This document shows, one piece after another, positions 1 to 9,984 of a stretch of DNA of 64,000 nt. Positions within the stretch are counted from its first letter, which is position 1; each line of letters starts with the position of its first letter. Both the position numbers and the translations under genes were made by a program. The notes beneath the pieces are model-generated. The model worked only from the letters and a program-made list of their open reading frames with translations, had not been told where the DNA came from and searched no databases. This stretch comes from Camelus dromedarius (Eukaryota), in assembly GCF_036321535.1 (NCBI RefSeq), contig NC_087436.1, positions 116,004,001 to 116,068,000 on the forward strand, given 5' to 3'.

Positions 1-772
1 AAAAAAATTATTGTGCAGGGAGACCTTGATCTACTCACTACTTACGGCTGCGTGCCATTTGTGTCCTTCTCTGGTTTATACAAGAAAATCAAGAGAAGTT
101 GCTTCCCAGCTAATGTCAGTCCCCTGAGGATCAGTGTGAGGCTGTGCACTGTGTGACATGCAGAGCTGCGTATACGGCAGGCACTCCGTGAACGCTGATT
201 CTCTTTTAGCACCTACCACTCTACTTTGTAATTATTCATTACATCCTAGTATATTCGCTGGTCTGCACCCGAGACCAGGGAATACATCTTCATGCTGTTT
301 TCACAGCACTAAGCCCATAGTGTTTAAGAAAGTGATGTAGGTTGAAGGAAGAACAGTTGCAGTTCCACTTAAAAACCTTGAAATATTATTATTCACCAGC
401 TCTCCATCTCTAGTCTTCCCCCTTCAGTCTGTCCTCACAATGACACAGAAACAACGACGCACTCCATTCATCTCTGCAGTCCGACGCCTCAAAGTTGAAA
501 TAAGGAAGGGAAGTTCTTCCTCTGGTGCTGTTAATAGCACACCTGGCGATAAATTAGAATTTTCCCATGAGGAAGAAACACGTTTCTTTTTGGAGTCTGA
601 TGAATGCTCAGTTATGGATATACCACTGATAATACTGCAAAGCCTTCTTTTGCCCTTCAGGATGAAATTGATTTTATGGCGTGCTGTTACAAAGCACACC
701 AGGTCCCTTCTGGTCTGGAGCACTCAGATCTTTCTAATTCCCTCTTTTCTCTTTGTTCTTCTAATTGTTTGC

Positions 773-870
773 TGTCCTAGTTTGCCTGGGACTTTCCTGG
801 TTTTAGCACATGGTTTTCATGTCCCAGGAAAACCCTCAGACCCATAAAAATTGGGATGTTGATTACCCTT
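773..870 (-). mobile_element. MER81-like hAT-Blackjack MITE fossil
   Basis: gtcctagtttgcctgggactttcctggttttagcac...gtcccaggaaaaccctcagaccc...gggatgttgattaccct matches the remembered MER81 consensus in reverse orientation. Confidence 0.7.
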
Positions 871-994
871 CTCAGTTACCCTACTTTCATCCAATTAACT
901 GTGAGATGCAAGGACAAAACCCATGTAACATTAATTTCTGCAGGCTTTGGCTGGCATAAAGTTCAAATACGTGGATAAATTCATGACCAGATAA

Positions 995-1175
995 GGCAGC
1001 CTGACATAGAAGAGCTTTGGAGTCAGAAAGGTGTGAACTGAAACCTCAGATCAGTCACATCTTCCTATGGACGCTGATTCCGTGTGTTCTACGTTCCTGA
1101 GCCTGAGTTCCATTGTGAGCAAAGGTGAGGAGCGGTAAGAAACATATCACTGACTTGTGGTAGGAATAAGACCCG
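995..1175 (+). mobile_element. MIR SINE fragment
   Basis: agagctttggagtcagaaagg...cctgagcctgagttccattgtg resembles the MIR head and core; highly diverged. Confidence 0.55.
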
Positions 1176-1247
1176 AACATCCTCTCACTAGCAGCCTTTA
1201 AAACCCTTGCATGAACCCGCTGTGCTATGTTCATTATGCAAACCCAG

Positions 1248-1640
1248 TGTCTTGGTCAGCTCAGGCTGCTATGACAAAAACACCATGGACTGGTAGCTTA
1301 AACAATGCCGTTCATTTCTCAGAGTTCTGGAGGCTGAGAAGTCCCAGATCAAGGTACCAGCCAATCTGATTCCTGGTGAGGGTCCTTTTCCTGGTTTGCA
1401 AAGTCTGACTTCTTGCTGTATCCTCACATGGTACAGAGAGTGATCATCTTTCTATTGCCTCTTCTTATAAGGGCACTAATCTCATTCATGGGGGCTCCAC
1501 CTCAGGACCTAATCACCTTCCAGAAGTCCTACCTCCAAACACCATCACACTGAGGGCTAGGGCTTCAACATGTGAATTTGGTGGGCTGAGTGAGGGTGGG
1601 GGGGTGAGGGGGGAGGGAAAGAGTCATGCAGTATATAATG
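1248..1640 (-). mobile_element. MLT1A/MST-type ERVL-MaLR solo LTR
   Basis: Diagnostic motifs gttctggaggctgagaagtcccagatcaagg, tcttataagggcactaatctcattcatg and agggcttcaacatgtgaatttgg. Near 5-bp TSD cccag (1243-1247) / ctcag (1641-1645). Confidence 0.85.
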
Positions 1641-2799
1641 CTCAGTGTCCAGAACATAATAGGTACCCAATAAATGTCTGTGTAACTAACATGATATATG
1701 CAAAATACCTAAAGCATGTAGTAAGTGTTTGCTAAATGGCAGTTACGTTTAATGCTATTATTATCTTTAAAGTGAATTTGAAAAATGCCTTGAGCTCCCC
1801 CAAAGTACAAATTGCTGTGATTAGACTTGGGAGAGATGCACTTTGGAAAAATAACAACAACAACAACAAAAAACTAAGTAAAAACATGGAGTCTTGAGCT
1901 GGAACAACAACCATGTGGAAAAGCTGGAGGGGCTGGGAGCCCTGAGTTCCCTTTCTGGCTGTCCCTGTACTCACTGGGTGGCCTCTCAGCTCTCATGTGT
2001 TGTTTTTTGTTGTTTTTGTTATTGTTTTTCACCTCCCTGGTCCTAACTTTTTTTATTTTTAAAACAGGGGTCCTTATTCTCACTTTGTTATTTTTTACTA
2101 TTATGAACAGCAACTGTGTTTTCCAGATATTGAATTTCCCAGCTATGAAAGTTCCTCCTTGTCATTGTTAATGTTGCTCAATACGGCTGACTCTGTGCTT
2201 GTTGGAAAAGCGGTGTCTGCCAGTCAGAATCCAGAGCTTCCGAAGTTCACAAAGACATCGTAGTATTTTAAGACCAAACCACAGAAAACCTCAAACCACA
2301 ACTGGGCAAACTCAGATTTTTCAGTCTTTTTAATACCTGCCCTGGAAGAAACAAAACAAAACAAAGTAACTTCCTTTTTCAAACTTCCTGTTGCTAAGGT
2401 CAAGCCACTCTTCTCTTCTCCAAGGAGTCACAGATAAGGTTATTGAATTTACAGGACTCTGAGTTCCCTGGAGTTAACTCTCAACAGCCCAACCATGTTG
2501 AGGTGCTTGTGCTGTAGAAATAATTGCAGAAGGACAAATTCTGTGTAAACCACCAGGTGTCTGATTATGAGATAAGAGATGAGAAGGAGGGCAATTCTTG
2601 GGAAACTCTGCTTCTCCTGAAGTATTTCACTGTGGTTTTTAGTTCTGGTTCCTGCTTTATTGATGGTCAAAGCTTCTCGTGTGTTAACAGCAGAAATGAC
2701 CTTGAAAATGACCGAAAAGAGAAGCCTAGCTAGTAGGCAATTTTCCTGAGTTCTCCAAGCAGCAGTGATTCCTTCTCTCTCTATGCACCATGTCTTGTG

Positions 2800-3300
2800 C
2801 ATTCACCGCTCATTCCACAGATACTTCTTGAGCATCTCACCTGCATGTGAACTTGACTGCCGACATACAGCAGAGAGAAACCTCACACCTCAGTTTTGCC
2901 TTCATAGACCTTATGAGCCCCATTAAGTTATTATCCAGACAAGGAAAAAGCAAGTGGGACAAATGCTACATTAAAAAGTATGCTGTTCCTGAAGACCTTT
3001 CACAAGTGGGTTCCAAGCCAGTGTGAGAGTTCCAAAAGGTTCCCAGGCAACGAGCAGCTTGGGCTGAGTCCCTAAACATAACTAGGAATGAGGTCAATGA
3101 CAAGGCACAGAGGAGATTTCTGGTCCAAAGGGCTAGCATTTGGAAAGGACCTGGGAGCAGGAGAAAGCAGAAGAGCACAGAGGTCTGGAGGAAGGCGGTG
3201 TGGCTGGTGTTAGGCCTGAGGTATGGAGCGACCCTGGCAGAGCGAGTGGGTAGATGTCAGAGCGACAACCTTGAGAACCATTTCTAGGGGCTTTGCTTCT
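2800..3300 (-). mobile_element. L2 LINE 3' fragment
   Basis: cattccacagatacttcttgagcatc reverse tail-like start, followed by purine-rich L2-type sequence (agcatttggaaaggacctgggagcaggagaaagc). Confidence 0.55.
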
Positions 3301-4844
3301 CATCCTCCAGCACTGGGAAGAGAGGACAGGGTTTAAACAGAGAACATGCTGCACAACTAAGTTTATAGTTTGTTAGTTCCTCGGGCTGTACTGGATCAAT
3401 GAGCGAAGGACCAAAGTATATGACAGCAGAGCAGTTAAAAGACCATTGTTGGCTGAACTCGTGAAGGGATGGTAGAGATGGAGTCATGTGAATGGAACTG
3501 AGACACTTAGAAGACATTTTTATTGGAGTGAATCTTGACGAATACACACCTTGCAGGATTGTGTGACGTTTGGAGGTGATGCCTTCACCCCACCATGCGC
3601 AACAAAGATGAAATCAATATCACAGGGCAAATCACATGACATCACCATGTCTGCAGGCCAGTGAAAGGTTAAGTGTTGACATTTCACTGAGTTCCCTCTC
3701 TCTTGACAGGCGTGTTTTGTTCAACGTCCATGGTGATTCCGTCGGAGTGAAACATAAAATGTGGAAGTAGGTGTGGACCCAGTCGTCTCTTTTTTTTTTT
3801 TTTTTAACACTTTTAACAAAATTTCTCTTGCCACAGAAGTTTAGGTCTCTAAAGCCACAGCAGGTCATTAGAAACCCTGGTTCAAAACCTTTCTTTTATG
3901 AATTAGAAAACTAAGTTTCAGGAAAGTTGAGATCTGAAAATGAATTTAGAAAAAAATGTGATGCAATATAACAAAATATAAAATAAAATAAAATAAAAGA
4001 GGTGTCCTTTATCAGTAGCTAGTACTAAACCCAGGAATATTGGAGAAAGTTTTCATTTAAAAAAAAAATTCAAGTAGCACACACTGACCCCTAGGAAAAT
4101 GGTTTGCAAAACCAAGGCCAGGATAGTGTTAAACGTCTTTCCCAATCACCAGAAGTGGGACACTTGGCAGAATCAGGGTGACTACCGAGCTCGAGTGACT
4201 GTGGCCGTACCCGGCGGGGATCTGGGGTTTTGTCAGTTCGGTCTTATTTTTGTGACAGAGCATCCCAGCACAGCAGTTTTTTTTTTCCCAAGCACTGTTG
4301 CCACACATCCATTCAAATAAATTAACACTCCCATCTCCACTGACCCATTTGTCAGAAATGCCAAGATGTGGGCTGACCCATGTGACCTTTTCACTGAAAA
4401 GTATACATAAAGGGTGTCATTAGGCTTCACACTGACAATCCTGGGGTAACGGTTATCTGTAGTTTTTCCTTTTTCCTGTTTGCCATAATAACACCAATTG
4501 AACCGCACCTGCTGTTCAGAAACAGACTTTGTTCCGTGAAGAGGAAGGACGCTCAAAGGGGGTATTTCCAAATCTTCAAAGAATCATTATTAAGGCAAGA
4601 TTCAGGTAAGGGAGGAGAAAGAAAATTTATTTGGAATGTAAATAATTTCATGTAACATCTGTAACCTCCTTTAAGGAACAGAACCTCAGTTTCACGGGGC
4701 TTGAAATACTGGTCAAGACCCTACCCAAGGTCTTCATTCTACCCTGTTGCCAGAAGGATTCTAGCTAGCTTCCTTCCCTGCAGATCAGTCACTTGTCTCC
4801 AGGAATTCGGTCTTTTTATACTCCTTCAGATTTAGCAACAATGC

Positions 4845-4866
4845 GTGTGTGTGTGTGTGTGTGTGT
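4845..4866. repeat. (TG)n microsatellite, with a poly(A) run at 4898-4918
   Basis: Directly visible. Confidence 0.95.
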
Positions 4867-6449
4867 AGAGACTTTGGTTAGGTTTCTTGGAAGATACAAA
4901 AAAAAAAAAAAAAAAAAAGAAGGAAGAAGACATCATTCACTTAAATAATTAACCAGAAGCTGAAGAGTCTGTCCAAACAAAGTCTGCCATTTTGGTATCA
5001 GGCCAACACTATTCCGAGTGGGCTGCTGGCAATGAACTTGTAAACACAACAAAGAAACAGAACTGACATGAGTCCTCTGCTAAATTATCCCATATTGACA
5101 CTGGAACATCGAGGCTATGAAATATGCAGGAGAACCAAGGTTGAATCAAAGTGCACTTCTTAATTTGCACCACACCAACTGAACAGTAAAATGTGATTTA
5201 ATTTACTATATAATTTGCTTGTTCAACAAAGCTGAAAGATAGCTCACATAGTGCCACTTCGCTTGTAAGTAAGCCCGTAACTGGTGGTGTTCTTTCAGCG
5301 AGTGGCTTTGTTGTCGATGCCAGAGGAAGCTGTTTCAGTGGAAAATGCACAAAATTAAGGGTCTGCTGCTGTGGTATTTGCAATGCACTCCCCTTGTCCT
5401 CATCAAGTTTATTTCTGCTGAGCGGCAATAACCACTCTTTGTTTTTCTAACTCGATGAAGTCACTGAGTCTTGCTTGGTGGCACACAGCTCAGGAGAATG
5501 CATTCAGCCAAATTTAGAACCATTTGGAACTCACGAGTTGTGAATTTTGAACCAAACTTGAATCTTTCAAAAGCTCATCTGTTCCACGGAGCGTGCCAGC
5601 TCAGCTAACAGCCTTGCAGCAGGGGCTGTCCTCTGAGGGCTGGGCCAGGGCTCCTCCAGCCCCTCCTGCTCCTTCCGCAGTTAGGTCGGGGTGCCATGTG
5701 ATGCAGCGTGATGGGTGTGTTACAAAGCTCTGAAACGTACACCACTGAAGGAGAGATTTCCCAAATGCAAAATAAGGGGTTTCTTTTGTGTTTTGCCAAC
5801 CTTTTAACATTTTCTTCATGCCCTTTGAATCCAAGGGTCTTTTTTGTCCACTAACCTCATTCAAGGGCCGACCTGTATGGACTGATATTCACCAGAGAGA
5901 GCAAAAGCAGTTCAAGTAACTACATGTGAGGTACAAACTCGGACACAGGGTGGGTGGGTGTGTGGGTGTTAACAAGTGGGAAAAGGGTGTTGATGAGCAA
6001 ATGCCACAAGGAAGGTAGAAGAAAGTAAGGCAGAGAGGGAAGCAGGTGCCAGTTCGTGGAGGACTCATCGCATCCTCCTAATGCATTTGGACCATGTCCT
6101 GGAGACAAGTAGCCACTCTACCTAGTGACTCACTCTCTTTGACAAAACGCAGCCCAACGCCTCTGCCCAGTATTTCAGGCTCTCCATAATTTGTTTCCAG
6201 CCTACCTAGAAAATCAAACCTTTCATTGTTTCCTCAGCAAACTTCTTTACTTGTCTAACAAATATATATTGAACACATCACAGCCCCCTACCTCCTGGTG
6301 TCTATATATTTGATCTGCTCACCTCCACCCGGAACCCCTGCCAGCCTCCTTTCATCAGGAATGTGGGTCCTCTCTCTATGTCTCCTGTATTTATTCATTA
6401 AGTAAATACTGTGCCTTTAGCTGGGCATAGGGCTAAGGGCTTGAGAATT

Positions 6450-7060
6450 CAATTTATTCATTTAATAATCATTTACTGAGGTTTCAAGGGACAGAAGCTG
6501 TCCTAGGTGCTGAAGTGACAGTGATGCATAAGATAGATGGGGCCACTACCATCATGGTGCAAGCAGGATCTATTCTGAGCAACACAAGTAAGTGTATGAG
6601 CAACTCAAACAGAGCCCAAGAGATAGCAATATGATAGGAGAGCTACAGGGAGCTATGACAGTGCCTGAGCAGTCAGAGAAGGCTTCCTGGAGGAAATACT
6701 GCCTGGGCTGAAACCTGAAAGGTTAGGAGGAGTTAGCAGGAGAGAAGGAAAGAGCATTCTAAGCTGAGGGAAAACCACACGTAAAGATCAGGAGCTAGAG
6801 AGGTGCCAGGACGCTTGGACAACAGAGTCAGTTCAATATGGTTAGAGCATCAAGTGGAGCGGAAAGTGCAGCTGCTGCAAAGAACGAGACAAAAGCAGAA
6901 TTGTTGGAGGTGACGCTGGACAGCAGTGAGGCAGCTAAGGTCAGGCGGCCTGCTGAGTCTGAAACGGTCCTCAGCTCACTGTGGGTTCAGCAAGGGTCTG
7001 ACAGAGCGAGAGCCCATGTGAGAGGGTTTGGGCGAAGCACAGAGAAAGAAGCTTGTTTGG
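6450..7060 (-). mobile_element. L2 LINE 3' fragment
   Basis: atttattcatttaataatcatttactgag (reverse L2 tail) and agtcagagaaggcttcctggaggaa...ctgaaacctgaaagg. Confidence 0.75.
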
Positions 7061-7135
7061 TTTTTCTCTTGCAGGTTACGAGTGAAAACTCACCAGAGAC
7101 GGTGGGGCAGATCTGTGATAATACGGTTTCCCGTT

Positions 7136-7632
7136 GTAACAAATACTTGCTGTTCATGTCCTGCCCCACATCACTTAGCCCACCTGAGCTCGCCTGTGGC
7201 GGCAGGTGAGTTTTCCTCCCGGGGGCAGTTTTACACTTCAAGACCCTGCAATCCATGGCTCCTGGTCTGCAGCTTTTAGCCTGGGAGCTTCTTCTGTAAC
7301 CAAGGTGATTAAAAAAACACACACACACACAAAGGAGCAACCAAGAAATAGAGAAGAGGGGAGGTGGTAACATCTCCAGGGGAAATCTCTTAATCCACGG
7401 AAGGTAGGAGTCAGTGGATAAATGTCCCAGTGTCATCAAGCTTCAGGCTCCAGGTTTCAGGTTCTCAGAGTGCTGCCAGCAAGACTGAGCCCCATTTGCC
7501 CATGGCCATTGCCTGTTTATTAATGGACCTCCTTCCCCTCCTTCTCTGTCTTACCCATTCTCTCTCCAAATCAACTGCACACCCGAATTCTTGTGTAGGG
7601 GTCTGATTGTGCGGGAACTCAAACCCTGATAC
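7136..7632 (+). mobile_element. LTR16/LTR33-like ERVL LTR fossil
   Basis: Starts tgtaacaaatac. Ends ...gaattcttgtgtaggggtctgattgtgcgggaactcaaaccctgataca, resembling the LTR16-family 3' terminus. Confidence 0.6.
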
Positions 7633-7955
7633 ACCACCTTGGGTCCTGTCCCAGGACCCGCCACAGACATCTCTGTGGAAGTCCCCGCTGCTCTGATCTC
7701 ACCAACTTCTAAAAAAGCCTTCACAGTCTATAAAGATGAGAAAACTAGCCATAAATACCGCACTGTGAAACTTCTTTTCTGTCTGGTGTGTGTGTGCGTG
7801 GGTGTGTAAGACTGTGATGTCATTTTTTTTTTTTTATTCAAGGTCATGGTCAATAGACTTTGTTATAACAGTGCTATGGAGGGTGAGACTGCAGACAAAG
7901 GGACCAACGGGAGGCAGTGGACATTTTCCGGAAAGGAGATATGGGAGAGGGCCCC

Positions 7956-8093
7956 AGAGAAAAGACAACAGATCAGAGAGACATTCAAGAGTAACTGGTT
8001 AATCCTTATCATGATGGCTTGAAGCCCTACCTCCCCTCCAGAAGAATATGATTGACATGATGAAAATTATAATACTGTGGGGAAAGCCACGCC
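7956..8093 (+). repeat. Inverted repeat, left arm (core 138 bp; weaker homology extends to ~7924)
   Basis: Matches the reverse complement of 8826-8962 with 8 substitutions and 1 indel by manual alignment. Confidence 0.97.
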
Positions 8094-8762
8094 AATGGCC
8101 TCATGAACCTTCTCGTGATGTGCCCAGGAAATCAATTTCCTTGGACTAACTCATGCAAAGCAAAACCTACAAAGAGTGCTAGGCACTAAGCATGCAATTA
8201 CAGTTTTCTGAGTTTAAAATTGTGTTTGGGTATGTGGTGCGCAATCTCTAAAATATAATTACTGAGGAACATAGTTTAATTTGTTATCAGTCACAATTTA
8301 CGGCTTGTCTATGTTTATGGAAACGATTATGGTTTGAAGCTTCTTGTGCCTTCCTTGATGCATAAAAAATGATCATCGCGCCTTCAGTGGCAGCCGCCTC
8401 CCCGGAGGATTGGCAGTAACAGGCCCTTTAATCAGGAACAAGATCCTACAGAGACGACGTAGGCAAATACGCCGTCTCAGAACAACACTCAACTTTTTAT
8501 AATGAGGTTGTGGCAAGAACTGTGGCGAAGCCACAGCAGGAAGGGCCCACCGGATGGAATGCCAGGGACAAATGGCTACAGGGTGTGGGGTGTTGAGTCC
8601 ACTGCTTCATCAGTTTGCCACATGAGAACCCAAGCTAATTTCTACCACCAACTTTTCCTTTTAATGCTGTCATTGTTTCAGATAGACTATCATAGGGTAT
8701 CCCTCTGGCCTTTTTTCCAAAGACCTGGTAAGAAGGAACCTTAAAAGACTTTCATAGAATCA

Positions 8763-8814
<52 letters not shown>
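8763..8814. repeat. (ATCT)13 tetranucleotide microsatellite
   Basis: Directly visible; its degenerate tail runs up to the right inverted-repeat arm. Confidence 0.97.
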
Positions 8815-8816
<2 letters not shown>

Positions 8817-8825
8817 GTATCTGTC

Positions 8826-8962
8826 GGCGTGGTTTCCCCACAGCATTATTATTTTCATCATGTCAATCATATCCTTCTGGAGGGGAGGTAGGGCTTCAAG
8901 CCATCATGATGAGGAGTAACCAGATCCTCCTGAATGTCTCTCTGATCTGTTGTCTTTTCTCT
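8826..8962 (-). repeat. Inverted repeat, right arm (core 137 bp; weaker homology extends to ~9016)
   Basis: Reverse complement reads agagaaaagacaacagatcagagagacattcaggaggatctgg...gctgtggggaaaccacgcc, matching the left arm. Confidence 0.97.
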
Positions 8963-9040
8963 ACCTTCACTGTCACTATCATCACTGAGCCCTCCCTTAT
9001 CACCTTTCTGGGAAAAAGGCTCAGAAAATAATGGGTCCAA

Positions 9041-9120
9041 ATATATAAAACTGAACCACTATGCTGTACACCAGAAGTTAATACAAACTGTACTTCAATA
9101 AAAGCAAATTAAAAAAAAAA
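9041..9120 (+). mobile_element. Very short L1 3' terminus with poly(A)
   Basis: actgaaccactatgctgtacaccagaagttaatacaaactgtacttcaataaaa plus an A-tail; cetartiodactyl-type L1 end. Confidence 0.75.
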
Positions 9121-9159
9121 GGGTTCTCATGTTGCAGAGACAGTTGGTGACCACCCATG

Positions 9160-9275
9160 AGCACTGCCATTAGCTAGCATGACCTTGGGCAAGTCATTTA
9201 ACTGCTCTGGGAGGATTTCTCATCTCTGTAATAAGGGGGTTGGACCAAATGGCTCCTAAAGACCCCGTCAGCTCC
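9160..9275 (+). mobile_element. MIR3-like SINE
   Basis: Core gaccttgggcaagtcatttaac and MIR3-type end ggttggaccaaatggctcctaaagaccccgtcagctc. Confidence 0.7.
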
Positions 9276-9984
9276 CGAGGACGGTGACGCTATGTGAAGG
9301 GAAGTGTGGTAACTCATAGAAAAGCCATTCAGTGGGCACACACACACAACCAGTTGTTGACTGTAAAATCTCACAAATGATATGTGAATTTGTTTATATG
9401 TAAGAACGAAAAAAGACTGTAGACAATGAGCTTGCACAGCTTTGCATTTAATAGATTGTCTAGAAACAATTTGGTTGTGGAAAATCGTCAAAAACTTTAC
9501 CAGGGTGAAATAGAATGGTAAAAAAAGAAATGTGGTAGAAAAGAATGTGATTTTAGAAGTCCTGCCACCTCTTAAAAGCAATCTGTCTGGTCAACCAACA
9601 GGCTGTATGCCCTGTTCTCTGGTGGACGAGTAATGTTTTATTTTTCACAAGAGTAATGCGACCGGAGAGCGACCGAAGTGTAACAGCTCTTAAAAGGATG
9701 CCCGGCTCTGAATATCATTCTTACGAGGCATTTAGATAGCGCTTCCCAGGTACGAAGTGCTCCCCGATCACCTCATTACTTTTATATATTAGCTAAAAGC
9801 TGTTAAATTTGTCATCTTGCACCCCAAAGTGGGTTTGGAGACAGCAGACAGTTTCTTGCAAAATCATTGTGTAAGAAGCACTTCCCTGGAAGTCCCTGAA
9901 TAGCAATAACTCTCTGGGGAGACTTTGTTCAGCCCACCACGGGAGTCACAACAACAGGAGGTGCAGGCTGGGATGAGAGGACAG

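Noticed and set aside
1850..2030. (CAA)n and (TTG)n tracts in inverted arrangement
   Set aside because: Low-complexity microsatellites; complementarity is expected by chance.
4520..4605. Candidate exon ending in CAG|gtaagg
   Set aside because: Donor is good but the acceptor lacks a convincing polypyrimidine tract.
7823..7838. Minus-strand AATAAA plus A-run as the end of a retrocopy or mRNA
   Set aside because: No matching TSD on the other side and no GU-rich downstream element; equally a simple T-run.
7924..9016. Inverted repeat interpreted as DNA-transposon TIRs
   Set aside because: No TSD, no CAG/TA-type termini and no transposase remnant. Identity is lowest at the outer ends, unlike typical TIRs.
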